The notes beneath the pieces were generated by a model, which was not told where the DNA came from, searched no databases, and was given only the letters and a program-made list of their open reading frames with translations. The translations under genes and the position numbers were made by a program. DNA of 64,000 bases from the human T2T-CHM13v2.0 reference genome, Homo sapiens, in assembly GCF_009914755.1 (NCBI RefSeq), contig NC_060947.1; one strand, 5' to 3'. Shown piece after piece: positions 43,165-57,422 of this stretch. Position 1 is the stretch's first letter. Every line of letters starts with the position of its first letter.

Positions 43165-43315
43165 GCCCATATTATTCAATCATAAGAAGGAATGAAGTTC
43201 TGATGCATGCTACAACATGGATGACCTTGAAAACATTATGCTCAGTGAAAGAAGCCACACACAAAGGCCCACATATTTTATAATTCCATTTGTGTAAAAT
43301 GTCTAGAATAGGCAA
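43165..43315 (+). mobile_element. L1MB 3' fragment
   Basis: aggaatgaagttctgatgcatgctacaacatggatgaccttgaaaacattatgctcagtgaaagaagcc. Confidence 0.8.
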
Positions 43316-44508
43316 CAAATGAAAGAGTTGAGTATTGTGTAAGGGAAGTTTGAGATTCCTATTGCCATTCAGGTGAGGATGTTGAGCAGGTTGCTCAACA
43401 GGTTGCTTGATAAGTGTCTGGAGTTCAGGAGAAATAACCAGTCCAGAGGCATAAATTTGGGAGTCATTAGCAAATAATTGGAATTTTAAAGCATGAGACT
43501 AGATTAGACTACATGGGCCTGATAAATATTTGATAGGTAATAAACAAATATACACAATATCTTCTGCTATAACACATTATCTATAACAAATAGTATATAT
43601 GTAATAGGAAATAGGGGAAGAATGTCAATACCATGTGGACGTTGGGTTGAAGTAGAATTTTAACCTTCAGCATGAAAGGAAAAATCCCTCAATTTGGCTG
43701 CTGCAGTGTCAAAAGCCCTTTTAGCTTTATTTATGTTTTAAAATTAAAAGTGAGGTTCTACACCCAGGGCTTCCTCTCCAAGGAAGTAGACCCTCAGCCT
43801 TGCATGATTCTTGCCTCAGGCAGAGTGTACTTCTTCCTGTGCGCACCTTAATAGCAGCCTTTCTGTCTTAGACTTCCACTTCCATCTGCATTGTCTCAGC
43901 TCTCTCAAGTAGAATTTCCTCTCTATTGGTTTCTTGCATGTTTAATATCTACTGAGGTGGCCTCTAGCCATAACAAGCTGTGTGTCTGAGCTGTGCACAA
44001 GTCATCACCTGATATATTATTTTAAAAAAATTGTTAATGCTCTGCTTATAAAGGTACATAAGTTTTGAGTGATCTGCCTTAACTCTTATGCCTTGTTAGT
44101 TTTAGTGTGTGATTTTGAAAAATGAGAGATTTTTCAGCCGAGTATGTCATTTTATGTCAGAAATGCTTGTATACATATAATTGACATGCTACTTTTGTTC
44201 ACATCTTTCCTGGCAGGAACTGAAAGGTATTTATATTTATGTTTCTCTCCCTCCGCCAAAATAAAACAAAACAAAACAAAGAACAAAAACCCAGGAATGG
44301 GCACATGACCCAGGCCAGCCAATCAGAATATACTACCTACCTGGCCATGGTAATTGTTTCAGGGATGGACACATGATCCAAGTAGAACCAAGAATTGTCC
44401 CTGGAGTTATCAGGAAAGAGAACTCTTTTAACTCTGGAACAATGTTACACACCATCTGCCTTAATAATGATGCCATTACAAGGGAAAGGAGACTCAAATT
44501 AAAATTCA

Positions 44509-45307
44509 TTTATGCAGCCAAAAAACACACGAAAAAATGCTCACCATCACTGGCCATCAGAGAAATGCAAATCAAAACCACAATGATACACCATCTCACA
44601 TCAGTTAGAATGGCAATCATTAAAAAGTCAGGAAACAACAGGTGCTGGAGAGGATGTGGAGAAATAGGAACACTTTTACACTGTTGGTGGGACTGGAAAC
44701 TAGTTCAACCATTGTGGAAGTCAGTGTGGCGATTCCTCAGGGATCTAGAACTAGAAATACCATTCGACCCCGCCATCCCATTACTGGGTATATACCCAAA
44801 GGATTATAAATCATGCTGCTATAAAGACACATGCACATGTATGTTTATTGCGGCACTATTCACAATAGCAAAGACTTGGAACCAACCCAAATGTCCAACA
44901 ATGATAGACTGGATTAAGAAAATGTGGCACATATACACCATGGAATACTATGCAGCCATAAAAAATGATGAGTTCATGTCCTTTGTAGGGACATGGATGA
45001 AGCTGGAAACCATCATTCTCAGCAAACTATTGCAAGGGCAAAAAACCAAACACTGCATGTTCTCACTCATAGGTGGGAATTGAACAATGAGAACACATGG
45101 ACACAGGAAGGGGAACATCACACACTGGGGCCTGTTGTGGGGTGGGGGGAGGGGGGAGGGATAGCATTAGGAGATATACCTAATGTTAAATGACGAGTTA
45201 ATGGGTGCAGCACACCAACATGGCACATGTATACATATGTAACAAACCTGCACGTTGTGCACATGTACCCTAAAACTTAAAGTATAATAAAAAATAAATA
45301 AAAATAA
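44509..45307 (+). mobile_element. 5'-truncated L1PA (L1PA4-like) with an uninterrupted ORF2 C-terminal frame
   Basis: IYAAKKH...HCWWD...SLIGGN*, 3'UTR, poly-A; TSD TAAAATTCA at 44500-44508 and 45308-45316. Confidence 0.95.
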
Positions 45308-47139
45308 TAAAATTCAAAGTAAATTACTCATCTTGTATATATTTCTCCCTTCTTGTCTTCCTGGAAAACTCCTAATTGTTTTTCAAGACTCAGTTCAATT
45401 GCCGTCTTCTGGTAAAATGTTTCCTGACCACCTCCTGCCTCCTCCATGAAGTACTGTGAGCTTCCTTCTTATTCCCACAGCACCTTTGTACACATTTCTC
45501 TTACAGCATTGTTATGTAACTTTGCTTTATTATCTGCTCTTCCCCTTCCCCCACCCCTCAGTCTGTGGCATTCTTGATGGTAGTCACATTACCTTATCCA
45601 TTTCTATAAACCTAGGACCTAACACAATGTCTAGTATGCATTAGGTGCACAGTAAATGTGAGTTGAATGAATTAATGAAGATATGGCTCTGGTAATATAT
45701 GGCTGATTGCTTTGCGCAAGAAGACACATTGTCTTGGAGGCACACACGCACACACACACACACTCACTCTCTGGGGAATGTAAGATTTTTGATAGGTAAG
45801 AATTTTGATCCAATCTTAAAACAAACAAAAAAGAGGTGTGTGTGGGGTGGTCCGGGGGGGGGGGTGATATTTCCTGCAAGGTAGGGTTCGAGGAAAGGCA
45901 CTTCATTAAAATTAAACTTGAAAATAGGGCATTGGGAGAGAATGCAGAGTGGGGGGGACTTTAGAAAAAGAGAACAAATAAAATTGGAAATGAAACACTG
46001 CCTTATAAAATTAGAAAATAGAGGTAGAAAAACTGAAGGCTGGTATTATTCAGGGAAGTAGGTATAGACAAGCAAGAAAAGTAAAGGTAAAGAAATGGAA
46101 AAAGATGGAAAGTAGAGGTGGGAGCCAGAGACAGGGGGAGGAAGGTCCTGGATAGTAGACTTCTGAGCTTTCAATAAAGCTTTATTTTCCACTATGTGTT
46201 AGGCCATGTGCTGGGTTATTAGTACATTGAAATGAGTAACTTATATTCCCTACGCATCCAATTATGGGGGAGATCTCAGTTTATAATGGTATAAGAAAGC
46301 AATGGGATGACAACAAAGGGCGAGTGTTAGGGGATATTGCCCACTTTTTGAAATTGGACCCCCATCCTTTACCAGAGTTGTAAGAAGTCTGACAGCTGAA
46401 ATGCTGTCCTCAAGTTGAGAAAATGGCCCACCCCTTCCCTATTCTTGTTTCTTTCTCTCTGAACTCTATAATCCCTCACCCTTGCCAGGGCTAAAGGAAC
46501 TCTTTTTATACATTTTCTTCCTTCCAGTTTTGATATGGTGAAGGCAGGACTGAGGGCTCATCACCCCTACCCCTCCTCCTAGCAGAACAAGTTGACCTTT
46601 ACCAGAACACACCAGGTCATGAGTCAGAATTCCCATGCCATGTTTGCTGAAGCTATTAACTCTTCTAAGTCCTGGCACCCCAGGACATCTTGACCGTCCC
46701 AACGAAGCACTGCCACCAAAACCAGTTTGGGTGGAGCCTTGGCTTTTCTTACTCCATGTCAAATTAGGAAGGTGACCCCTGGCACCAGGGTCCCATCATT
46801 CCCCACAGTACTTTTCCAAGACCCAGGGGGGATATGAGAGAGGAGAGACTTGCAGCCTCCTCCACAAGGAAGGGGGCTCCTAGGAGATGAGATGGGAGTA
46901 ACTTGTGCCTTGGCTGTGGTGAGCAGTAGGGGTACTCCTGGTGTAGGTACAAACTGTGGGAGGTTTGGGCATAGCCATATCCACCTTGCAGGTGGATGTG
47001 TCAGATGGGCCATGGTGTGTGTGTGTGGGGGGGGCGTGGGGGGTGACAGTTCCTGCAAGGTAGGGTCCGAGGAAAGGAAAGACCTATGGAAAAGGATACA
47101 CCTGGGATCTTGAGGAGCCAGCTGCACCTGTTTCTGGGC

Positions 47140-47790
47140 TGAGAGGCTTCCGGAGCCACCACAAGGTGGAGACCAAGGATGGCGGGGGTGGGGTCTTTGC
47201 AGACCGGTTGTTAAGTCCTGGGGCTGGCTGTGCATCCTGAAGCCCGTTTGGCACAGCCTGCAGGAGGGACTTTGCAAAGCCGCGTCCAGGTAGTATATGA
47301 AAGGTGTGTTGAGCTCAAATGGTCAGCCCGGGGTCATGGGGTCCTGGGGTGGCGGGGAGCCGAGAAGAGGGAGATCCACGAAGGAGGCTTTCACCCCTTG
47401 GCAGCGGGCGGCTGCCTTGAGGGGCGGGCTGTGCCTGGCGCGACTCTGGCGCCGCCGCCTGGGGGCATCCGGCTGTGAGCCCCGTGGATGGGGCGCCTGG
47501 AGACCGCGTCTCTCGAGGCACTAGGTCCTGGTACTTGCTGGGGGTGGGGAGGGAGAGGGGCGCACAGCGCCGAGAGGCGGACGCCAAGCGCGTGAGTCAC
47601 TCTGCTCCCCTGGGTTAGGAGCGGGACTTTGCCTCCCGCCTGGGGTCTGCATTTCAGCTCCAGCTTCAGTGACTCATCCCAGCAGGCTGACCCCCTCCTG
47701 AGGCTGGACCAGCTGCCTCTCCGTCTAGGTGAGGGCCAGGCAAGTTTCTCGTCTTCTGATGCTTACTGTTTGGGGGACTCGCGGGGAGGG
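47140..47790. promoter_or_regulatory. CpG island, probable promoter and first exon (gene not identified; + strand donors suggest rightward transcription)
   Basis: Densest non-repeat CpG cluster in the window; GC box ggggcggg 47421; CTCF-like cgccgcctgggggcatc 47453-47469; AP-1 TGAGTCA 47593-47599 and TGACTCA 47670-47676; donors gc|gtgagt 47592 and ag|gtgagg 47729. Confidence 0.8.
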
Positions 47791-49529
47791 GGTCTTCCAG
47801 CCTGTGTCTGTCTGCCTTTGCTTCCTCCCTCTGGCTCTCTCCATTGGAGACAGAAAGTTAGATTTAAAAAACGCAACAGAGAATATAAAATCTATGCTCA
47901 GACCCCAGATAAACAAAACTCTGGGGCCATATTCTTAATTTACCGGGTACCTTCACATGTCCGAATGCGGCGTTTATGGAGCTAGGAATGTTTTATTTGT
48001 TTCGTGTATTTCCCTCCTCTCCCCCATTTTCCTCCGGTGTAATTCTTAGAGGTGGGGACAGGAGAGCCAGAGGGCTTAGCTGGGATCCTTTGCCAGAGTG
48101 GCTTCTTCATTCTCTGCGAGGTAGCAGATGTTTTACTGTAGCCTGAGTTGGGATCTTGGAACAACCCTCTCCAGCCCAGGACATGCCAGCGCTTAAGGTA
48201 ACTGCAGTTGTTGCATATCTATCTCGTTATCACTGACTGAATCGAAATGTTCCGGAGGCACAATTAATGTGAATGCCAGAATGTTGAAACAATTCATTGA
48301 AGGACACTATTGAATGTTTTATTTTCAAAGTATCGTATTCCAGGAAAATTTTAGAAGACTATTGCTGGTTTTATTTTCTCTATTTTCAGATATGCTCCAA
48401 AGCCTATTATTCCCTTGCAAGACAACCAGTGAGGACCTATTCTGTTTCTTATAAGGATTTAACAGTGCAAAACTACGTGTTAGTTTCTCCTCTAAGGTTA
48501 GGGACCTCCTTCTGTTAACCTCTTTTAGAAAAATCATTTTGGTGGTGGTGGCGGGGAGATGTTTCCCCTTTCTCTATCATTAAATGCAAAATGTTTCTGT
48601 GACTATTAAGTAAATACTAATTATTGTTATTTTTGCTTAAAAGGAGCAGAGGAGAGCATCTCCCAGAATGCATGAATTTGTGGTTCATATTGATAACTGA
48701 TTGCTTTACCATCAAATTGTTTGGTTTGATGCAATGTTAACAAGTGGTCTTAATTCACAACACAGAAGTATTCTATTCCAGAAAACAACCCTGCTGATAT
48801 GCCTGCCACCCCCACCCCAAAATGCACACACAAAACCATGTTTTTGTCTTGCTTTGTGGGAGAGAAAAATGGATGGGGTATCTTTTCTGGCAGTTGATTA
48901 GTCCCCGATCTTTCTTGAATTGTCATTTGTTTTATAACCTATAATTATAGAAAAGAACCCTCCTTGAAATAAAATTAATAAAACCTTACATGTTTAGTCA
49001 GATCACAGGAATAATTTTTTAGAGTTGAGTGGAAGCTTCCATGATCCTCTTCCAATGTCGTCCCCGGGGAGCCGTTAAGCTTCCCACTTCTCTGATAACA
49101 TAACTCCTCTACTCTACATACCTCTATCTTAGCTCTTACCACCTTATGATTCTAGGTTTACATATCCATCTTGCTTAGAGTAATAAAATTTATTTGGAAG
49201 CAAGGGTAATGCCTTATTAATCTTTGTATCCCTGGAGCCTAGTAAAGTAAGGTCTGTTGAAAAAAAATGAATGAATAAAATAATTTGGCAGTCCAGATTA
49301 GGTTTACCATTCCTTGAAATCCACCTGTGCATTCTTTCTCTTCACTCCTAAAAGATAAGTCATTTAATTCAATGGTACTCAAAGTGTGGATCCTCAGAAT
49401 ACACTGTGTTCTAAATAAATGAGAGTTTTCTATATTTGAAAAAATCTATATATTGTTGTGAACTTTAATATTTAATTTTTTATTTTTTATTTTTTATTTT
49501 TTTGCTGAAAGTAACAGAAAAGCCAACTA

Positions 49530-49735
<206 letters not shown>

Positions 49736-50959
49736 AGAAGGCTGACAGTAGGTAATAACTGGAGTTGATACAGTGACCCAACAATATCAGGGTTCTGAGT
49801 CAGTGTCTTACCCTCATGGCTTCAAGATGGCTCTAACAGCTCAAGACACTCGGTCCTAATCCCATGTTCAATGACAGGAAACGGGGTGGAAAAGGTCAGA
49901 GTATTTTTCCTCATGCAACTTTCTCATCAGAGAAAAAATATCCTTCCCCAAATTTATCTAACAGAATCCTACTTTTATCTCATTGGCAATATCTGGGGCA
50001 CATAGCTGCCCTTAGTGGCAAAGGAGACTGGGAAAGTATCCGTTTTTTCAGCTTCTATAGTGGAAAGGCAGCCAGGGAGAGGCAGGTAGGTGATGTATTT
50101 GGGGAACTGACCAGAAAGTCTTCTAGACTGTCAAGAAAATAAGTCTTTTTGAACCTGTGATCGTATCAATGTTCTGGCCAAGTAAAATACTAAATATTAA
50201 TCAATGTAGCAAAAGCACACATTTAGAGCAGATTTCCCCTCTCCACATGGGTATATGGTATTTTAAGGGTGCCAAATCACTTTTATGGAGTGTGCTAACT
50301 TTTAGAGACTGCACCTTGCCTGTGTGTGTGTGTGTGTAATCTCATAGGGTTTCTATTAAGTATGGATCAAACCCTCAAGTTCCTGGAAAAGAGTAAATAT
50401 TCAGTAAATAGTTGTCCTTTGAGTGGAGTGTTGAGTTTGGGAGCTTCAAAACTTCACAGGGACATGGGAAAGGATTTAGTGAGGAAAAAAAACTGATGAG
50501 TGGTTTGCTGCCAATGCCTTGGAAGGCTGGTTTACAGCATCTGAATGTCTTTAATTTGGATCCTAGGAGCCTGGAGGGAAACTTAACAAGAGGGAAAAGA
50601 AGAACCTAGGGAGAGGTAGTGGCACTGACAACTTGGTTCAACAGATTATCTTTGGGGACCTTCTCTATACCTGTACTGGGGAAGATGTACTACCGCCCCC
50701 CTCCCCCACACACAGTTCAAAATGGTCCCTAGCACACACACACACACTAAAACTTAAAAAGTTGAAGCATGAAAAGAGTGTATATTATTGCCCGCTTTGA
50801 TTTAACTTTCTCTTTTCCAGTAGAATATTCTCTCAAATACTTACAGAAGGTAGTTTTTGGACATCATGGTGGGAGATCAGATAAGCAAGTATCGAGAGAT
50901 TGAAATTTAATGATTACAATTGTCTTAGATTTCTCATCAATGAAAAGAATGGAGTAGAT

Positions 50960-51182
50960 CAAGCTTGTCCAACCTGTGGCTTGCAGGCCACATGCAGCCC
51001 ATGACAGCTTTGAATGTGGCTCAACACAAATTTGTAAACTTTCTTAAAACATTATGAGATTTTTTTTCAATTTTTTTTTTTTAGCTCATCAGCTATCATT
51101 AGTGTTAGTGTATTTTATGTGTGGCCCAAGACAATTCTTCTTCCAGTGTGGCCCAGGTAATCCAAAAGACTGGACACCCCTG
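50960..51182. mobile_element. MER30 hAT MITE
   Basis: Termini caagcttgtccaa / ctggacacccctg; perfect 8-bp TSD GAGTAGAT at 50952-50959 and 51183-51190. Confidence 0.92.
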
Positions 51183-51192
51183 GAGTAGATTA

Positions 51193-52455
<1,263 letters not shown>

Positions 52456-52539
52456 TATCTCTGACATTTTGAGACTTTATGGTATTGGATGAGTCAGGGT
52501 CATTACATACATCATTGTATGTGAAGTTTGTAATTCTAA

Positions 52540-52859
<320 letters not shown>

Positions 52860-54229
52860 AGCATTACATTTTTCTTTTTGCCAAGCATAATTACTTTTTC
52901 TGTTAATAGGACGAAGGATGAGAAAGTGGGAGAAAATGCTGTATTGGGATTTCTTTTAATCTCATACAAATAGAAGTGAATAAATACAGAGGCTACACAT
53001 CAGCCCATTAGTCTCTATTCATGTTTGTTCTCCAATCATAGAGCTATTTTGCAGCTTGCTCTTCTAGAAGCTCAAAGCTGATTTTATGAGATTGGTTGCA
53101 TACTTCTCATATGCGATTTTTAAAGGATTAACCATTCTAGAGATTTCATGGGGCATTGCAAATTTCCCCCCTAAAACATTAATTTTAAATTATTTCTAAT
53201 TTAATCACACAATTGTTTCTACACGAGACCAACAGTGAGCTACATCAAAGAGTATCCCCTCCCCAAAATTATTGGATATGAAGAAAATATTTTACCTGAC
53301 TTCATAGAATTAAATCGGTAAAATTCACATTTTGTTACTGTTATTAGAAAATTTGATATATATATATGTGCTATATATAGGTGATATATATACACACACA
53401 TACATATACGTACATGTATATTGTATACACACAGGTTATGATTTTCTATTTGCTTAATTTAAAGCATTTTATGTTATTTTAAATTGTTCTTAAAGCTCTA
53501 TTTATATCTCCATATGAAACAGTGAAAATATTTCTATTTTAAACTTAAAAAGGTATTCAACTTGTAATCCAATAAGTATTTTAAACAAAGATGTAATCAG
53601 GTTTCTAGCTGCCCCATTTACTCTGGGCCTATTATCTAAAGAATGGGTCTTGCTAAAGTATTTCCCTTACAACTTTTCCAAAGTTATGCCAGATGTATAG
53701 GGCTTCTATTAAGAATAGATTTACTATGCCATAACTGTTTTGAGTTTACCCTCATAGCTTTCCCACATGTTCCACATTCTTGGTGAATTTTTCCAGTAAT
53801 GCACCTCCCAGCACTGTCAATGGGAAGAGGTTACCTGTCATGTTTCTAGCCTGAGCTTCTGACCACCAGATAACAGAAGCCCAATTGTGGAGATGGATAC
53901 AACAAGCCCAATGCCGTTAAAGATCTGAACTGTATAATTAATTCTGTTTCTCCTGACTTCATGCTCAGCAGTCAGCCTTAGGATGCCACATGTTCATTGC
54001 CTTCAGGGTGAGAATAACCTGGTCAGAGTGTCTGGTCTCCCTGACAGTTATATCTCCCATTGTAAATTACTAAGCCGCCACTCTAGCTTTAAACACTTAT
54101 GAGTGTTGTGGGTGTGAGTCAGCACCCAACACCCTCAAACCTAATAAATACAGGGACACTGATAAAGATCAGTTATCTGGGGGTTGGCTCAAAGCTAGGC
54201 CCTGATGCTGATGACTCATCGAAGTGAAT

Positions 54230-55535
54230 TAATACCAGCTAGCATTTATTAAGTATTTTCTGCATACCAGCCACTGTGCAATTTTATTTATATTATCTTA
54301 TTTTTCCTCATAACAACTTTGTGAGGTAGTCATGTTAATTTCCATTTTACAAATAAGAAGACTGATATATGTATATTAAAAACCTGCTCTAAATCAAATG
54401 ACTATTGTGGCAGGGACTTTGAGTTGCCATGCAATATCTATTCCCACCTTCTCCCTTAGTGGCAGAATACCAGTTTTATTACTGGTAATGATGTATCTAG
54501 CAAATAGTTTCTATTTCCTGGCATCCCTTGTATCAAGGTGTGAACCTATGACTGAGTTCCACCAGTGAGAGGTAATTGTGTTGTGTGGTACTTCTAGGAA
54601 GCCTGCTTAAAGGGATTTGACTTGGCTGGGAGGAGGGCCCTTTTGTACCTCCCCCTTCTTCCTCCTGCTGTTAGTCTTGAATGCAGGCATGATGCCTGGA
54701 GCCATCTTGGACCATGGAGTGACTGACTGGATGTAAGCTAGCATTAAAGATGCTGGAACAGAAAGGTAGAAGAAATCTGGGCCTGTGGTGGCACCATGGA
54801 GCTACTGTGCCAGCTCTACCACAGAGATCTTTGTCTGCTATTGAAACCAATTGGCATTCTGTCAGCAGAGATGAAAGGTAGAGTTGGCTATTGGTAGGCA
54901 GTGGACAGTGTTTTCATGCTATATACCAAGTACCTAATATTTGATCTGTGATAGATACATGTGTTTGAGTTTCATCTCTGCCACTTACTAGCTATGTCTA
55001 TTGGACATCTTTTGTGCCTCACTGCACAGCCTTATAGCCTACCATTTAATTAAGCCGTTAGTCCATTAACCAGCTTTATGTGGGTAAAACCAGAGAGTGC
55101 CTTGCCTTAGCCTCACAGCAAATATCTCACTTCTCACTCCAGGACTTCTTTGATGTTTCAACAGGAAGGCCTGTTGGAACACTCTTGTACCCACACATGT
55201 GTGTTATGGAATGTGAGGGAGTTAAAGGCCCAAGAGCCAACCCTTGACCAATGTGAGATGGGAACCTAAGATAAATAGTCCCTCCTCCATCCTTGGCCTG
55301 ATAATTCTCAATTGCCTTTTAATAGTGTTTGTTTCCAAGAGATTCTCAGAGGGTCTAACTAAGTAGGATTACGCCCTAGTTGTTTACAGTTGTGACCAAC
55401 TCAAAAATACACTCCCGTATTGGTTTTCTCTCTTCTTTTCCTTTCCTGAATTTCCTACTTCTATTCCCTAGTATCACTTCCCCAAACAAACTACCTACAT
55501 TGAAACTCTTGTTTCAGCCTCTGTATAACCTTCTG
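54230..55535. mobile_element. MIR, MLT1-type LTR (~54405-54830) and LTR16-like ERVL LTR (~55080-55535) fragments
   Basis: MIR core tccattttacaaataagaagactga; MLT1 gccatcttggaccatggag; LTR16-like end cacttccccaaacaaactacctacattgaaactcttgtttcagcctctg. Confidence 0.55.
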
Positions 55536-55679
55536 TGTAACCTTGAAGTAAGCTATGCTGACAAAACTTTTTAGCACTTGCTGACATTTTTATGTCCCTT
55601 CTATGATGAGGCAAAATACTATCTTTGGTGTACAAAGATGAAAATACATCATGAGATCTGATAATTCCAACTATTGTAT

Positions 55680-56350
55680 GAATGTGGATCAATAGGAACT
55701 CATACTTTATTGATAGGAGTACAAATTGGTACCATTCTGGAAAAGAAAATTTAGTACTGTCTTGTGAAGTTGAACATTTTGCATACCCTATGACCTAGCA
55801 ACTTTATTTCTAGGTATATCACCTAGACAAATACTCCTACATGTGAAGCAGGAACTCTCCTTAGGAATGGCCATAGCAACATGGTTCATAATACAAAAAT
55901 TCTGAAATAATCTAATTGTCCATTGATGGAAAAATGATAAATAAATTTGGTATTAATTATTATTTCAACAGAGTAAAAATGAATTAACCATTTCTCTATG
56001 CAAGAACACAGATGCATATTATTAACAAAATCACCAAAAACTTCATGCAGTTGGGTATCATTTTTATAAAGCCCAAAAAAAAGCAATACTACACAACACA
56101 TTCTTAGGAATCATACACACATGATAGATCCTAAAACAAGGTGAACCCAAAATTCAGAATAGTACTGGGGAGACAGAGATGGGATAAGGTAGGAGCAGAT
56201 AGTAGAGGTACGAACATTGATGATGTTCTGGGTCTTGAATGCGGTGATGGGTTCATAAAGGCTCATTTAGTATTACTCTTTATAACTTATTTAAATTGAT
56301 ACAGATTCTTTTATATACATCAGATTTTATGTAATAATTTAAAGAAATGA
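55680..56350 (+). mobile_element. Old L1 (L1ME-like) 3' fragment
   Basis: ggaactcatactttattgataggagtacaaattggtacc...catacccta tgacctagcaac. Confidence 0.7.
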
Positions 56351-56909
56351 AACCATCACCAACAAAGATGCTGTACTAACAAAGGACAGCCTCAGTGAAA
56401 AGCCTCCTCTAGCCCTCACTCTAAACTAATGGCTCTCAGAGTCAATGTTTCTCATCATGTAATGTGTTTTTTTCTTTTGTGTTGTTAAGTATATTGTAAT
56501 CAACTAGAATGGCAGGGTACAAGATTCCGTTTTTCTTACGGCCCTTCAGGGTCACATCCTCTAGTATATTTAGAAAAACACAGTTTGTTGTGTCCTCTCT
56601 GCGCCTGTGTCCATTTGCCTGTGATTCTTCTATATGTCCTGAAGCTGCCCATTGCTCTTTGCTGTGCACAATCCACCTCTTATTTTACTGCTGTCTCAGC
56701 ACAGCACACAGGGGCTACGTTCCTCCTTGTTTCGTGTGTGTGTGTGCGCGCGCATGCACGTGCACAGGCGTGTGTTGGGTAAAATGGTAGTGAGTAGGGA
56801 GGCAGTTGACATGACCTTTTTCTTTATACTTCCAAACCTACTCCTTGCTTTCCTTAACAATGCCACCAAACAAAGCAGTAAAACTGTACCAGATTTTTGA
56901 ATTTTGGGC

Positions 56910-57422
56910 CAGGATTTGTAATCTTTAAATCATTTGTGCCCTGGAACCTTTGATGAAGTCGGTGACCTCCTTATCAGAATGGTGGCTTAAATACATAAAC
57001 TCAAACTCACTGGATTACAAAGGAAGCAAATTGTATTGAAATACGGTTATCAGAAATTAAAAGCAATTGTGTGGTATAGTACTCTATGTACTTTTTAATT
57101 AAGTTATTAAGCAACAAGATCTAACGGTGGATCTAATGACCTAAATTTTAAAGTAGTAATGATTTTGAAACATATTACATGATATCTACAATAACTGTAA
57201 TATGATATGAAAAATATCTGTTTCTTTAGTGACAGTCACGGGTACTGCTAATACTACTGTGGTTTGTTGCTTACATTCATACTTGCAGGAAATATTAAAT
57301 GTCAGATAAAGATTAGTGAACATAAGGATGTCATTTTTTTTTCCCATCCAAGTTCATGGACTCTTTAAATTCTACTGATATATTCTTGGGGGTTCGTGGA
57401 CCCCAGATTGAGAAACTTGCTC
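56910..57422. mobile_element. hAT-Charlie MITE (Charlie4-like)
   Basis: End ...ccaagttcatggac...ggggttcgtggaccccagattgagaaacttg. Confidence 0.6.

Larger units (their letters stand above)
41845..43510 (-). mobile_element. L2 split by the 42086-43315 block (pieces ~41845-42085 and ~43320-43510)
   Basis: L2 motifs gttctaggcattggggatacagca... and gtctggagttcaggaga...ataaatttgggagtcattagc occur in collinear order. Confidence 0.65.

Noticed and set aside
46466-47985. ORFs up to 172 aa around the CpG island
   Set aside because: Expected from stop-codon scarcity in GC-rich DNA; overlapping on both strands with no recognisable domain.
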